From Cyanobacteriota bacterium (GTDB lineage Bacteria; Cyanobacteriota; Cyanobacteriia; Thermostichales; Thermostichaceae), in contig JANRIL010000031.1 in assembly GCA_033764955.1 (NCBI GenBank), positions 10,534 to 74,533 on the forward strand: a DNA stretch of 64,000 nucleotides, written 5' to 3'. This document shows positions 49,913-61,405 of the stretch, piece by piece. The first letter of the stretch is position 1. Each line of letters begins with the position of its first letter. The notes beneath the pieces were generated by a model. The model had not been told where the DNA came from. It did not search any database and worked only from the letters and a program-made list of their open reading frames with translations. Position numbers and translations under genes: made by a program.

Positions 49913-50455
49913 ATGGCTGAACAGCAGCGTGAGCGGCGCAAAGGCAAGAAAAACCGCGAAGAACGAGAAACCTCCGAATGGCAAGAGCGTGTGGTACAAA
50001 TCCGCCGCGTCACCAAGGTTGTTAAGGGGGGCAAAAAACTCAGCTTTCGGGCTGTCGTCGTGGTCGGCAACGAACGGGGGCAGGTGGGGGTTGGTGTCGG
50101 CAAGGCTAATGATGTGATCGGAGCTGTTCGCAAAGGGGTGGCTGATGGCAAAAAGAACTTGATTGATGTGCCCCTCACCACAGGACTGTCGGTTCCTCAT
50201 CCTATGAAGGGATCCGGTGGTGGAGCCACTGTTTTGGTGATGCCGGCTGCCGCCGGAACGGGGGTAAGTGCGGGTGGGGCAGTTAGGACGGTGCTGGAGT
50301 TGGCCGGAGTCAAAAACAGCCTCGCCAAACAACTGGGATCCAGTAATCCCCTCAACAATGCTCGTGCCACGATCAACGCTCTCAGCCGGATGCGTACCTT
50401 TGAGGCGGTGGCGGCGGAACGGGGCATTGAAATCAGCAAGCTGTTTAGCAAATAG
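49913..50455 (+). CDS. rpsE: 30S ribosomal protein S5
   Basis: [10 protein letters not shown] and [16 protein letters not shown] at 49913. Confidence 0.99.
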   Translation: MAEQQRERRKGKKNREERETSEWQERVVQIRRVTKVVKGGKKLSFRAVVVVGNERGQVGVGVGKANDVIGAVRKGVADGKKNLIDVPLTTGLSVPHPMKGSGGGATVLVMPAAAGTGVSAGGAVRTVLELAGVKNSLAKQLGSSNPLNNARATINALSRMRTFEAVAAERGIEISKLFSK

Positions 50456-50475
50456 CGCTTTCGAGGACATGCACG

Positions 50476-50967
50476 ATGCGTATTAGTGATATTCGCCCAC
50501 AAGCTGGATCGATCCAGCGTGGCCGTCGCCTGGGACGGGGGGTGTCCGCAGGACAAGGAGCCTCCTGCGGAAAAGGAATGCGCGGCCAAAAAGCCCGCAA
50601 AGGGGGCAGCACCCGTCCCGGTTTTGAGGGTGGACAAACCCCTCTTTATCGGCGGGTTCCCAAGTTAAAGCATTTTTATCAGGTCAATCGGATCACCTAT
50701 ACCGAGATCAACCTACTATCCCTCAACAGTCTGCCTGCTAATGCCGTGGTCACCTTAGAAAGCTTACTGGAGAGCGGTATTGCCACTAGCAACGATGGCC
50801 CTCTTAAGGTTTTGGGGCGAGGGGAGTTGACCGTCAAGCTCACGGTCAAAGCCAGAGCTTTCACTGCTTCGGCTAAGGCTAAAATTGAGTCCGCCGGGGG
50901 CACAGTCGAGGTGTTAGAAGCACCTAAACGGCAACCCCGCTCCCAAAAAGTAGCAACGGCTTCCTGA
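50476..50967 (+). CDS. rplO: 50S ribosomal protein L15
   Basis: RLGRG..AGQG, RGQKAR and [12 protein letters not shown] motifs. Confidence 0.99.
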   Translation: MRISDIRPQAGSIQRGRRLGRGVSAGQGASCGKGMRGQKARKGGSTRPGFEGGQTPLYRRVPKLKHFYQVNRITYTEINLLSLNSLPANAVVTLESLLESGIATSNDGPLKVLGRGELTVKLTVKARAFTASAKAKIESAGGTVEVLEAPKRQPRSQKVATAS

Positions 50968-51129
50968 AGGGAGGGATCCCCATCCCACTAAATGGTTGGG
51001 CGGACTGAGAGAGAATTTCTCAGGAATTTACCCTAAGATGGTTAAGGTATGGGTAACCCAGTCCCCCGCCGCTTTTTTCCTGGCATTTTGTCATCCCATC
51101 CTCACAAGCTCGTCTAAGGATCCCCATCT

Positions 51130-52428
51130 ATGGTTGTCACGCGAGGCTCCACCCCTTCCGCTCAAGAGACCTTCATGCAAATGGCACAGGCTGCGGGTCT
51201 GCGGGGGAGAATCTTTCTGACCCTTGGCTTGTTGTTATTGGTGCGTCTCGGCATCTATATTCCGATTCCCAACATTGACCGTGTTGCCTTTGCCGCCAAT
51301 CTGCAAAACAGTCCGGTTTTGGGTCTGCTTGACATTTTCTCGGGGGGAGGTATTTCGGCGGTTGGGGTATTTGCCCTTGGTATTCTGCCTTACATCAACG
51401 CCTCCATCATTTTGCAGTTGCTCACCTCGGCTCTCCCTTCTCTAGAAAACCTCCAAAAAAATGAAGGGGAACAGGGACGGCGGCAAATTTCCCAATATAC
51501 CCGTTACGCCACCCTGGTTTGGGCAATTATTCAGGGGGTGGGCATCGCCATCTGGGTGCAAGAATATGCCATCACCACCAACACAGTTGGCTTCATTATT
51601 TCTACAACCCTGGCCTTGACGGCGGGATCCATGTTCATCATGTGGCTGGGGGAACTGATCACCGAACGTGGCGTGGGGAATGGTCCCTCCCTGCTGATCT
51701 TCATCAATATTGTTGCCACCCTGCCCCGTGCCCTCTCTCAGACCATTTCGCAGGTGCAAGCCAACAGCGCCTACTTGGGGGGAACGATTTTACTAGCGGT
51801 GGTCTTTCTGGCGATGATTGTGGGCATTGTTTTTGTGCAGGAGGGAAGCCGTCAGATTCCGATTGTTTCCGCCAAGCGGCAAGTGGGGGGTCGTCTCTAC
51901 CGCGAGCAAAAAAGCTATCTGCCGCTGCGTCTGAACCAGGGGGGGGTGATGCCGATTATTTTTGCCTCCTCGGTTTTGTTCTTGCCTGCTTCCATTGCTC
52001 AATTTGCCCAAAATGATACGTTGATCCAGATTGCTAACTTGTTGTCTCCTAGCTCCTGGTTTTACGTCCTCGCCTACTTTGTTCTAATCCTCTTCTTCAG
52101 CTACTTCTACGCCTCTCTGTTGATCAATCCCGCCGATTTAGCTCAAAATCTGAAGAAAATGGGATCCAGTATTCCCGGTATCCGTCCTGGTAAAGCGACT
52201 TCCGAATATATCGAGCGAGTCCTGAATCGTCTTACCTTTTTGGGAGCTATTTTTCTGGGCTGTGTAGCGATTATTCCAACGGCTGTAGAGCGTGCTACCG
52301 GCATCACCACCTTTCAGGGGTTGGGGGCAACTTCCCTACTGATCTTGGTGGGGGTAGCGATCGATACCTCCAAGCAGATTCAGACCTATGTGGTTTCGCA
52401 GCGTTATGAAGGAATGGTGAAGCAATAG
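51130..52428 (+). CDS. secY: Preprotein translocase subunit SecY
   Basis: [30 protein letters not shown] and IPGIRPG motifs. Confidence 0.99.
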   Translation: MVVTRGSTPSAQETFMQMAQAAGLRGRIFLTLGLLLLVRLGIYIPIPNIDRVAFAANLQNSPVLGLLDIFSGGGISAVGVFALGILPYINASIILQLLTSALPSLENLQKNEGEQGRRQISQYTRYATLVWAIIQGVGIAIWVQEYAITTNTVGFIISTTLALTAGSMFIMWLGELITERGVGNGPSLLIFINIVATLPRALSQTISQVQANSAYLGGTILLAVVFLAMIVGIVFVQEGSRQIPIVSAKRQVGGRLYREQKSYLPLRLNQGGVMPIIFASSVLFLPASIAQFAQNDTLIQIANLLSPSSWFYVLAYFVLILFFSYFYASLLINPADLAQNLKKMGSSIPGIRPGKATSEYIERVLNRLTFLGAIFLGCVAIIPTAVERATGITTFQGLGATSLLILVGVAIDTSKQIQTYVVSQRYEGMVKQ

Positions 52429-53018
52429 TGCCACGTTTGATCTTTTTAGGCCCTCCGGGAGCGGGAAAGGGAACCCAGGCGGACAAATTGGCCGCCCTGC
52501 TGGGGATACCCAAGATATCGACAGGAGAATTGTTGCGAGCGGCGGTGCAAGCCGGATCCCCTCTAGGGCTAGAGGCCAAAACCTATATGGATCGCGGGGA
52601 TCTCGTCCCCGATGCCGTGCTGATTAGCATGGTTAAAGAGCAACTGCTATCCTCTCCACAAGGCTGGATTTTGGATGGATTTCCCCGCACCCTGCCCCAA
52701 GCACAAGCCCTCGATGAAATGCTGCGGATCTTAAACCAGCCTTATGAGCATGTGATCAACTTGGATGTGCCAGATCAGCCGATTATCGAGCGAATGCTGA
52801 AGCGGGGTAGAGCCGACGACACTGAGTCGGTTATTCAAAATCGCCTCCAGGTTTATCGAGATCTCACCCAGCCCGTCATTGAGTTTTATCGCGCCAAAAA
52901 CTGTCTGGAACGGGTAGATGGCAATCACGAACCGGAAGTAGTCCATGAGTATCTCAGGCAGGTGATCACAAAATCCAGCCCAGTCTCATCCTCTGACTAT
53001 CAAACAGCGGGACACTGA
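52428..53018 (+). CDS. adk: Adenylate kinase
   Basis: [17 protein letters not shown] and RGRADD motifs. Confidence 0.98.
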   Translation: MPRLIFLGPPGAGKGTQADKLAALLGIPKISTGELLRAAVQAGSPLGLEAKTYMDRGDLVPDAVLISMVKEQLLSSPQGWILDGFPRTLPQAQALDEMLRILNQPYEHVINLDVPDQPIIERMLKRGRADDTESVIQNRLQVYRDLTQPVIEFYRAKNCLERVDGNHEPEVVHEYLRQVITKSSPVSSSDYQTAGH

Positions 53019-53019
53019 T

Positions 53020-53796
53020 ATGGGCTTGCAGATGATCGAGATCAAATCTCGGCGGGAGATTGAGAAAATGCGCCAAGCGGGGCGGATCGTGGCGCAAGTG
53101 TTGCAGGAAATTTCACAGCGGGTGGCCGCCGGTTGGACAACTGCCGACATTGACACCTATGCCGAAAAGCGAGTAGCTCAGTTGAATGCCCTGCCCAGCT
53201 TTAAGGGCTATAGTGGGTTTCCGGCCTGCGTATGTGTGAGTGTCAACCATGAAGTGGTTCATGGGATCCCTAGCTCCAAAAAAGTGATCCAGCCTGGGGA
53301 TGTGGTCAAAATTGATTTTGGCGCGATTTATCAGGGCTGGCATGCCGACTCCTGTTTGACCGTTGGTATCGAACCCCTCACCGCCCAAAGTCGGGATCTC
53401 ATCGAGGCGGCGGAGCAAGCCCTCATGAAGGGCATTCGCCAGGTGAAGCATGGGGTGTATCTGCAAGAGGTTTCGGGTGTGATTGAGGACTATATTCAGG
53501 CGCGTGGCTATGCCGTCGTGCGTCAGTATGTCGGACATGGGGTAGGACGCAACCTCCACGAGGAGCCACAGTTTCCCAACTATCGCACCAAAGATCTACC
53601 CAATCCCCGCCTGCGCTCTGGCATGACCGTGGCTATCGAACCGATGTTGAACGTGGGCAGTGAAGTGACGCGCGTCTTGGCGGATAACTGGACGGTCGTC
53701 ACGGTCGATAATTCTTGGTCAGCTCAGTTTGAACACACCGTTTTGATCACCCAAGAGGGCTGTGAGATACTTACCGATCGCACCCCTTTCCAATAA
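53020..53796 (+). CDS. map: Type I methionine aminopeptidase
   Basis: VVHGIP, GHGVG..LHEEP, AIEPM and SAQFEHT motifs. Confidence 0.97.
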   Translation: MGLQMIEIKSRREIEKMRQAGRIVAQVLQEISQRVAAGWTTADIDTYAEKRVAQLNALPSFKGYSGFPACVCVSVNHEVVHGIPSSKKVIQPGDVVKIDFGAIYQGWHADSCLTVGIEPLTAQSRDLIEAAEQALMKGIRQVKHGVYLQEVSGVIEDYIQARGYAVVRQYVGHGVGRNLHEEPQFPNYRTKDLPNPRLRSGMTVAIEPMLNVGSEVTRVLADNWTVVTVDNSWSAQFEHTVLITQEGCEILTDRTPFQ

Positions 53797-53808
53797 GGTT
53801 TTCCCATA

Positions 53809-53836
53809 AAACTCATAAAACTAAACTCATAAAACT
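53809..53836 (+). repeat. Perfect 14-bp tandem duplication AAACTCATAAAACT x2
   Basis: 53809-53822 is identical to 53823-53836. Confidence 0.85.
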
Positions 53837-54124
53837 TAATTGTTGGCGGTTGCTCCCTACGGCCTTCTCAAGCCCTCCAGACTGGTGTTGCAGGGGGGAG
53901 CCTCTGGAGTAACGGCTTCAGGAGCAAGACTAAGATTAAAGAACAGACCCCTGCAAGCATCAAAATTCTCAGGCTTGGGGTAGGGCTGATAATCGCTGAC
54001 CCATCTCAGCCATCCCTAGCCCTGCAAGGGCAACCCAGGCAGATTCTCTGGATCCCTATCAGCCCATTTCTTGGGATCATCCTAGAAATCCAGCTTGCGG
54101 AATTTGGTAACGCAATGTTAACCT

Positions 54125-54145
54125 AAGTCATAGTCGGTATGAGTT
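54125..54145. promoter_or_regulatory. Inverted repeat upstream of the NTRC gene (candidate operator)
   Basis: AAGTCATA-GTCGG-TATGAGTT (7/8 dyad), 20 bp before the ATG. Confidence 0.5.
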
Positions 54146-54165
54146 TGTCTTAAGTGAGGCAGGAT

Positions 54166-55635
54166 ATGGAGCAGATCGAAAATCTGGTGATTATTGGATC
54201 CGGACCAGCAGGATATACCGCTGCCATTTATGCAGGGCGAGCCAATCTCAAGCCTCTGGTGTTTGAGGGGTTTCAAGCGGGTGGGATCCCTGGCGGGCAG
54301 TTGATGACCACCACCGAGGTGGAAAACTTTCCTGGCTTTCCGCAGGGGATCACCGGCCCTGCCCTAATGGCCGACATGAAAGCCCAGGCGGTACGCTGGG
54401 GAGCTGAGCTTTATACCGAAGATGTCCTTAGTGTGGATTTGAGCCAACGTCCCTTTGTGGTCAGGTCAGAGGATCGGGAGGTGAAAACCCACAGCCTCGT
54501 CATTGCCACCGGAGCTACGGCCAAGCGGTTGCATTTACCCAGTGAAACAACCTACTGGAATCAAGGTATCTCGGCCTGTGCCGTCTGTGATGGAGCGATG
54601 CCCCTATTTAAGGCGGTGGATCTGGTTGTGATTGGCGGGGGAGACACAGCGGCGGAAGAAGCCACTTACCTGACCAAGTTTGGATCCCATGTGCATCTCC
54701 TGGTGCGGCGAGGGGAAATGCGAGCTAGTAAAGCAATGCAGGATCGTGTGCTTAGTCATCCCAAAATCACCGTGCATTGGTTTACGGAAGCTGTCGATGT
54801 ATTTGGGGATGGCCACCGCATGACGGGTGTGCGCGTCAAGGATACACGGACAGGAGAAGAGCGGGAGATCGCGGCCAAAGGGTTATTCTATGCCATCGGC
54901 CATACCCCCAATACCGCTCTATTGGCTGGACAACTGCAACTGGATGAAACGGGCTACATTGTTACGCAACCCCATTCTGTTGCCACTAGCGTAGAAGGCG
55001 TCTTTGCGGCTGGAGATGTCCAAGATCATCAATACCGGCAGGCGATCACGGCGGCTGGCTCAGGATGTATGGCGGCTATCTTAGCGGAGCGTTGGCTCTC
55101 TGAGCATGGGTTAGTCCAGGAGTTCACCGTTGCCTCGACCCATACACCTAGCCCCGCAACGGAAGCCGTCGCTGACGCTGAATTTGAAGAGGTTCCCAGC
55201 GATGCTGAGCCGTTGGCGGTGAATGGATCCGGATCCCAGTCAACAGAATCTAGTGGGCAATCGGCTAGTGAAGTAGATTCTGAATCCACGGAACCTGTCA
55301 TCGATCTCAATAACACCCGGCACATGGGCGGCTATGCGTTGCGGCGGCTCTACCATGAAACTGACAAGCTAATCATGGTTAAATTCACCGCTCCCACCTG
55401 TGGGCCTTGCCATACCCTCAAACCGATTCTCAACAAAATTGTGGATGAATTTGAGGGACAAATCTACGCGGTGGACATCGACATCGAGCAGGATCCGGAA
55501 ATTGCGGAGGCAAGTGGTGTGACGGGAACCCCAACGGTGCAGTTCTTCAAAAATAAAGAATGTGTGGCTCAGATGATGGGGGTCAAGCCCAAGAGTCAGT
55601 ACCGCGAGACCATTCAACAGTATGCATCACCCTAA
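54166..55635 (+). CDS. trxB: NADPH-thioredoxin reductase fused to a thioredoxin domain (NTRC type)
   Basis: IGSGPAG, CAVCDG, GGGDTA and QAITAAG, plus a C-terminal Trx domain with TCGPC. Confidence 0.95.
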   Translation: MEQIENLVIIGSGPAGYTAAIYAGRANLKPLVFEGFQAGGIPGGQLMTTTEVENFPGFPQGITGPALMADMKAQAVRWGAELYTEDVLSVDLSQRPFVVRSEDREVKTHSLVIATGATAKRLHLPSETTYWNQGISACAVCDGAMPLFKAVDLVVIGGGDTAAEEATYLTKFGSHVHLLVRRGEMRASKAMQDRVLSHPKITVHWFTEAVDVFGDGHRMTGVRVKDTRTGEEREIAAKGLFYAIGHTPNTALLAGQLQLDETGYIVTQPHSVATSVEGVFAAGDVQDHQYRQAITAAGSGCMAAILAERWLSEHGLVQEFTVASTHTPSPATEAVADAEFEEVPSDAEPLAVNGSGSQSTESSGQSASEVDSESTEPVIDLNNTRHMGGYALRRLYHETDKLIMVKFTAPTCGPCHTLKPILNKIVDEFEGQIYAVDIDIEQDPEIAEASGVTGTPTVQFFKNKECVAQMMGVKPKSQYRETIQQYASP

Positions 55636-55958
55636 TGCTTTTTTGCCCAACAGAGTGACGTCGTAGGGATCTCAGAAGTTGAAGTCATGAACTAACGGGC
55701 ACTATAGTCCTACTAAAAAAATTAGGGCTGTAGTGCTATATTCTGGCTAGCTCAGCCACTGTTGCTCACGTTACAAAACTTAATAATCAATCCAAACAAT
55801 CAACCACAGGCTATTTGAAGGTAGTTAGCTACGTTTGTCACGGATTTCTGAACGTGGCATGGGTTATAGTAGCTAAAATTTCCGTAAGGGTTTTTAGATC
55901 TATTGCACCCCTTGCGCCGATTCTGTTAGCTGGTAGTCTTTCGCCTGAGGTATTGGTT

Positions 55959-57326
55959 ATGGTTCAGCCTGCTAACCCACCATCCAGTGGTGTCTATGAT
56001 GACTTTAATGACTATCTCGATTTTCAGTCCCACAGCCGCCTGAATAAAAAGGAGATGTTTGACCCTCAGTTCTTAGACTTTATGAAGTGGTTTAAGAACG
56101 ATATCCACAGCCGTTATTCTCGAAAAGATTTTCAACGGATTGAGCTACTCAATATCGTTCAGTTGGTGATTGGGTTTGCACTTCTACTGGCTGCCTATCT
56201 TTATCTGCATCTTACTTTTCCCGCCTATGCTTGGGGATGGGGGGTTCCGTTATTTTTGTTGGCACTTTTTGTAGTCCAAAAAGGGGAAGTCATGCACATG
56301 CGTGCCCATTCCCCCAACAGTCTAACGGGTGTAGATTGGGTGGACGGTGGGATTGATAGTCTGGGATTGCCGCTGACGGGCATATCTCCCGCCCTTTTTA
56401 AGCGTCGCCATTGTGCAGCCCACTACAACGATATTGGCAATGTATCCCGCATCTTCTCTGAGGTTTGGATTACCTTTGATAAGATTCCTGTTAATTATGC
56501 GGCTCGTCCTTGGGTTCTGATTCGATTCCTACTGGATAAGGAATTTTGCAAGGAAGAGATGATCAACCGCAAACGTTTGTTGATTGAGACGATTGGTTTT
56601 TACACTTACTTAGCCGTTCTGATTTGGGAGCTTTTCCATGGCTCTTACTTTTTGCTGGTTTTTCACCTAATTCCTGCTCACATTCTGGCAAGCAGTCAAG
56701 TCCTAAGTGCCATTATTGTGCATTCAGGGGTTGATAATCGCAACAGTTTTGAAAGTAATGCCATCTTTGACTATCGCACCTATCAAGGCTTATTCAAGGT
56801 GCCCATGTGGATTTATTGTCTGGTGGGTAATGGTGGGATTATTAACCACGGGATCCATCATGCCTATCCACAGGTGCCTTTGGATATCGTCAACAAAGAA
56901 TATCAGCGGATCAATCAACACATCCTGGAAAACTATACAGGGGTTCGCTATAACAAGGTTCTGACCATGCACATTCAAAAGAATTTGCTGGAACGGTTAG
57001 GCTCTCCTAATTTCTTTGACTATATTGTGGAGGGTTTCTGTGCCTTGATAGCTTTGGGTGCTTGCATGTTTACGGTGCTGGGATTGCCTGTACCTCCAAC
57101 TATTTTTGAACTGTTGCTCGTCGATTATCGGGTCTTTTTCGTCTCGACCAAGGCAGAGCGTTATAGCAATGCTGTCGCTTTTTGGGAAGGGATCCACTTG
57201 GCAGAACGTTTTGAGCAAACGGCAGAACCGAATACTTATCTCAAGTGGGTCTATCGCCGCTATCTCAAGATGAAAGACTATCTGGCTAAGCATCCCGCTC
57301 CCGAAATGGCGGCGGTGAATGCCTGA
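55959..57326 (+). CDS. Membrane fatty-acid-desaturase-superfamily protein (His-box di-iron enzyme)
   Basis: HMRAH, HCAAHY and HGIHH boxes interleaved with TM helices; ATG at 55959 after GAGG. Confidence 0.75.
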   Translation: MVQPANPPSSGVYDDFNDYLDFQSHSRLNKKEMFDPQFLDFMKWFKNDIHSRYSRKDFQRIELLNIVQLVIGFALLLAAYLYLHLTFPAYAWGWGVPLFLLALFVVQKGEVMHMRAHSPNSLTGVDWVDGGIDSLGLPLTGISPALFKRRHCAAHYNDIGNVSRIFSEVWITFDKIPVNYAARPWVLIRFLLDKEFCKEEMINRKRLLIETIGFYTYLAVLIWELFHGSYFLLVFHLIPAHILASSQVLSAIIVHSGVDNRNSFESNAIFDYRTYQGLFKVPMWIYCLVGNGGIINHGIHHAYPQVPLDIVNKEYQRINQHILENYTGVRYNKVLTMHIQKNLLERLGSPNFFDYIVEGFCALIALGACMFTVLGLPVPPTIFELLLVDYRVFFVSTKAERYSNAVAFWEGIHLAERFEQTAEPNTYLKWVYRRYLKMKDYLAKHPAPEMAAVNA

Positions 57327-57400
57327 TCAGTTGCTCTGTTAAAGGGAAAGTATTCTCTCATCGTTTCCCTTGCCCCAGAGGGCTAAAGCATTAAACCTTC

Positions 57401-57427
57401 AACCCCGCTGTTTTGGGCGGGGTTTTT
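57401..57427 (+). terminator. Intrinsic terminator
   Basis: AACCCCGC-loop-GCGGGGTT followed by a T-run, between convergent genes. Confidence 0.75.
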
Positions 57428-57455
57428 GTCAACAGTTTTCCCCATTGATTCTGGG

Positions 57456-58799
57456 CTAATCTTGTCCCTGCCAAAACTGTTGCCACCAGTGGGCGGGCTG
57501 TTGTTTGTCCCCGTTCCATTCCGTAGCGCGACCCTGCGCCCCATCCAAAACCAGGCTCCCTACATAGTCAGCATCGTCATAAACACGGCTGATTTCTTGA
57601 TGGATCTCCTCCATATCCTGACGGGTCATCACTCCGTTGCTAGTGGCTTTGTAAAACTGAACCGTGACGCGAATTGGGAACGCGGGATCCCGTTCAATAT
57701 CTAAATTGTCAATCTCCGTGAAAGGCCCTTCCACCTCGCCATGCCCGATCACAGCGGCCTCTACGTCACTAGCGGACATCTTGGCGGCTGACTCCATAGC
57801 AGCCTGGGGAACAGCAGGGGCGGAGAGCATCTCATTCCCCCAGGGGTGCTTTTGTTTGAGGGGAACCTGGATTAACATCACCATATTCAAGCCCACCCCA
57901 TCCTGATCGCTCTGGGGATCCCCTCTTTCTCCCCCTTCCCCTTGAAAGTCGCTCATCCGTCTTCCCGTTAGGCTAGCTCGTTCGCCGTTTTGATTGAAGA
58001 AGAGGCGTTGTCCCCAAGTTGCTCCCGCCTGAAAACCATCCCGTTGATTATCGATCACCGTCACACTGCTCCCCTCACGAGTCGCCAAAATGGTCAAGAC
58101 GGCGGGATCCCCAGCACGGGATTGGTAGTTAAACAAAACGGGATTGAACTGGGCGGATCCCTGTTGAGGAATGGGCAAAAATGCCGCCTGGGCACTCACC
58201 AAAACATGACTATCCCGCCCGGCCAGCAGGGAACGGCGGGATCCCTGCCAGGATTCGGGTTGACTGAGAAAGGCAGGCAAATTCCCCAAAAAGTCCCGCA
58301 GACTGACCCGTTGTAACGGCTGGCCCTTTTGATTGCCCACCAACAGATAAAACCGATCGAGGGGTACGTCTGCGCTCAGATCAGAAAAATTAGGATGACG
58401 AATTACAGGCATCAAGCTAAGGGAATAGGCTCCTGTACGTGGATCCTGATGCTGTACCTGAATCGTCATATCGCTGATATTCGGGCCAACGGCTGAGCCA
58501 TGATATCGACCCGTATCTTCCCAGGTCACATTCATCAGATTGAGACCAAAGGCTTGCGCCCATTGCTGAGCTTGCGGATTCTCAACCATGCCACGGGTTT
58601 GTTCAATCACCCCTTGGTAAAATTCCACCTGACGGGCAAGAGTCGGGGCTGGGGTCATCGTGGGTGGACTGGGTTGAATGCCCCAACTGGGTGCCGATGG
58701 GGATCCCGACTGCATGACCGACTCTGCACTCACCTGCCCTGCCCCTCCCAGAAGGGTGAGGGTGAGACCCATTCCGATTGCTGACCGCCGTATTGACAT
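57456..58799 (-). CDS. Hypothetical secreted protein
   Basis: Signal-like IRRSAIGMGLTLTLLGGAGQVSA; long globular region with WEDTGR..VGPNISD and PIRVTVQFY. Confidence 0.8.
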   Translation of the reverse strand: MSIRRSAIGMGLTLTLLGGAGQVSAESVMQSGSPSAPSWGIQPSPPTMTPAPTLARQVEFYQGVIEQTRGMVENPQAQQWAQAFGLNLMNVTWEDTGRYHGSAVGPNISDMTIQVQHQDPRTGAYSLSLMPVIRHPNFSDLSADVPLDRFYLLVGNQKGQPLQRVSLRDFLGNLPAFLSQPESWQGSRRSLLAGRDSHVLVSAQAAFLPIPQQGSAQFNPVLFNYQSRAGDPAVLTILATREGSSVTVIDNQRDGFQAGATWGQRLFFNQNGERASLTGRRMSDFQGEGGERGDPQSDQDGVGLNMVMLIQVPLKQKHPWGNEMLSAPAVPQAAMESAAKMSASDVEAAVIGHGEVEGPFTEIDNLDIERDPAFPIRVTVQFYKATSNGVMTRQDMEEIHQEISRVYDDADYVGSLVLDGAQGRATEWNGDKQQPAHWWQQFWQGQD

Positions 58800-58964
58800 C
58801 GCTAAACCATCCCAGAGTAATTGATACCGCTTACTGCCTTCTACGGTAAAGGGATCCCTCACGCTCTCGATCAGGGTTACCAATTTTGCAACCACCACCG
58901 ACCCACTTCCTCCAACCGGACTTTTTGATGGATCCCCAAATGAGGATCCCGGGAAGCTGCTACC

Positions 58965-59303
58965 TTAGGGTGGGTTGACTGGCTTTGACGTGGCTAGAGG
59001 AGGTGGCTGGCTAACCCCGTCAGCTTTTTCGTGCAGCCAGGTTTCCCACGATCCGGTGTGGTAGCGTTGGTTAAATAAATCCCCACAGACAAATACATCC
59101 CGGCCTTTTTGATTGACAACAAAGATGGATTTCTGATCGGTGTGGGAGGTTAGCTTGTACACCCGAAATATTCCCTCTTCATAAAAATCCAAGTGTTCTT
59201 GGTCAAGGCCATGCCTGGATCGCCGGCCATAGGCGCGCAAGACAATGTTGATGAGATTGATCAGCCGCTCTTGAAAGGGAGAATGAGAAGGTAGAGGGTT
59301 CAT
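58965..59303 (-). CDS. Hypothetical protein
   Basis: 112-aa ORF filling the intergenic space; no recognised motif. Confidence 0.55.
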   Translation of the reverse strand: MNPLPSHSPFQERLINLINIVLRAYGRRSRHGLDQEHLDFYEEGIFRVYKLTSHTDQKSIFVVNQKGRDVFVCGDLFNQRYHTGSWETWLHEKADGVSQPPPLATSKPVNPP

Positions 59304-59424
59304 GCAAGGCAAACTCCTAGGCAAATGGCGACCCGATCTGAGGCGGTTCTCTGGCAAGGATTGATCTGAAGATTGATCTTAAGTTAGCTCAGTAAAGCGG
59401 GCAGCGATGTGATTGTATGAGGGT

Positions 59425-61173
59425 ATGGATTTTCGCAACACCAATAGTCTGTGGGCTTCGGTTTTGATCGAGACCCTGTATCGTTTAGGGTGCCAAACGG
59501 CTGTGATCTGTCCGGGATCCCGTTCAACCCCTTTGGCGGTAGCAGCGGCAACCCATCCCCACCTAGAGGCGATCCCCGTCCTGGATGAACGATCCGCTGC
59601 TTTTTTTGCCCTCGGCTTAGCCCAGGCTTGCGCCATCCCCACCCTGCTCATCTGCACATCGGGTACGGCGGCGGCTAATTTTTATCCGGCGGTGATCGAG
59701 AGCCACCTCAGTCGCATCCCATTGTTGGTGCTGACGGCGGATCGCCCTCCCGAACTGCGGGATTGCCAGTCTGGACAAACCATCGATCAACTGAAGCTCT
59801 ATGGACACTATCCCAATTGGCAAGCAGAATTAGCTTTGCCGAGTACGGACAGCCGATTGTTGGCTTATCTGCGGCAAACCCTGATTCATGCCTGGAATCG
59901 CTGCCTTTATCCTCAGCCGGGATCAGTGCATCTGAATGTGCCCCTGCGGGATCCCTTGGCTCCGATCGCGGATCCGCAGGTACAGCAGTTAGCCGAGAGA
60001 TTTTCTATCGCTGACTTTTTTGCGGGCATCCAGCCAGGGGTTGCCTGTCAAGGGGGAGCCGATCTGCCCTGGTCGGTTTGGCAGAACTGTCCCCGTGGGG
60101 TGATTGTGGCTGGTCCCGCACAACCGGCGGATCCCGAAGCCTATTGTCGAGCCGTGGGTCGGCTGTCTCAATATTTGGGCTGGCCTGTCTTGGCGGAAGG
60201 ATTATCTCCACTTCGCAACTACGCTGATCTCAACCCTTTTCTGATCAGCATGTATGACGCAATCCTCCAAAATCCTGGCTTTGCCGCCACCTGGCAACCG
60301 GATCAGGTGATTCGTTTGGGATCCCTGCCCACCAGCAAATCCCTCCGCCAATGGTTAGCCTCAACCCCCGCCCGCCAGTGGTTGATCGATCCCAGCCCTC
60401 AAAATGGGGATCCCCTACACACTCACCTCACTCACCTGATCCTGGCCATGACGTCGATGGGGGATCCCCCCTCTCTTCATGCTGCCCACAACCCTAGTTC
60501 TTATTTGCAAGCCTGGTGTCAAGCCGAAAAAAAGCTACGGCAGGTTGTGGATACCTGGATGGAGCAAACGGATCAGCCGTTTGAAGGGAAAATAGCCTGG
60601 TTACTATCGCGGCATTTACCTGCCCATACCCCCCTTTTTATTGCCAACAGTATGCCCGTGCGGGATGTAGAAAGTTTTTGGCAGCCTAATCATCGCTACC
60701 TCATCCCCAGCTTTAATCGCGGTGCGAACGGAATAGATGGCACGCTTTCCACGGCGATAGGAGTTGCCCATAACCAACAACCCAGCCTCTTATTGACCGG
60801 AGATCTTGCCCTTTTGCATGACACCAATGGTTTTTTGTTGCGGTCGGTTTTGCAAGGCCATCTGACCATCCTGGTCATCAACAATCGGGGAGGAGGTATT
60901 TTTGAAACCCTGCCTATTGCTCATTTCGATCCCCCTTTTGAACGTTTTTTTGCCATGCCTCAGGATGTGGACTTTCAAAAACTGGCTTACACCTACGGGA
61001 TCCCGCATCAAAAGGTGCAATCGTGGGATCATCTCCTGCAATTATTGGATCCCCTCTCCCAAGGGAAAATGCGTATTTTAGAAATAGAAACCGATCGGAA
61101 AGCAGATGCGTTGATGCGCCAAACGTTGGCACAAAGGCTAGCTGCTCTCCTAGATACACCAGAAACCGCGTAG
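59425..61173 (+). CDS. menD: SEPHCHC synthase (menaquinone/phylloquinone biosynthesis)
   Basis: [35 protein letters not shown] and [10 protein letters not shown] motifs. Confidence 0.97.
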   Translation: MDFRNTNSLWASVLIETLYRLGCQTAVICPGSRSTPLAVAAATHPHLEAIPVLDERSAAFFALGLAQACAIPTLLICTSGTAAANFYPAVIESHLSRIPLLVLTADRPPELRDCQSGQTIDQLKLYGHYPNWQAELALPSTDSRLLAYLRQTLIHAWNRCLYPQPGSVHLNVPLRDPLAPIADPQVQQLAERFSIADFFAGIQPGVACQGGADLPWSVWQNCPRGVIVAGPAQPADPEAYCRAVGRLSQYLGWPVLAEGLSPLRNYADLNPFLISMYDAILQNPGFAATWQPDQVIRLGSLPTSKSLRQWLASTPARQWLIDPSPQNGDPLHTHLTHLILAMTSMGDPPSLHAAHNPSSYLQAWCQAEKKLRQVVDTWMEQTDQPFEGKIAWLLSRHLPAHTPLFIANSMPVRDVESFWQPNHRYLIPSFNRGANGIDGTLSTAIGVAHNQQPSLLLTGDLALLHDTNGFLLRSVLQGHLTILVINNRGGGIFETLPIAHFDPPFERFFAMPQDVDFQKLAYTYGIPHQKVQSWDHLLQLLDPLSQGKMRILEIETDRKADALMRQTLAQRLAALLDTPETA

Positions 61174-61405
61174 CAACACGCAAAAAAGCTAAGAATTCTT
61201 GATCAAAAATGATGCTTTCAGTCAGTATTCTCAGGATTATCTCGGATGATTATCGATTTCTTGTGTAATATGTTGCTTTAAGGTTCCGTGAAATTAGTCT
61301 CAGCATTTTTAACAGGATCTGACAGGCTCTTAATGAAGCCGTTGTTAGATTGAGGGGCATCCATCCCCTTTTTGTAAGGATTGTTACCTAAGGAACCGAA
61401 TCAGT

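Noticed and set aside
41654..50967. Absence of rpsJ, rpsN and rpmD from the cluster
   Set aside because: Normal for cyanobacterial S10/spc clusters
53800..53840. CRISPR array
   Set aside because: Only two adjacent 14-bp copies with no spacers; no cas genes or arrays seen in the window
55760..55835. NtcA site upstream of the desaturase-like gene
   Set aside because: GTT-N8-TAC and GTA-N6-TAC both deviate from GTA-N8-TAC; too weak to call
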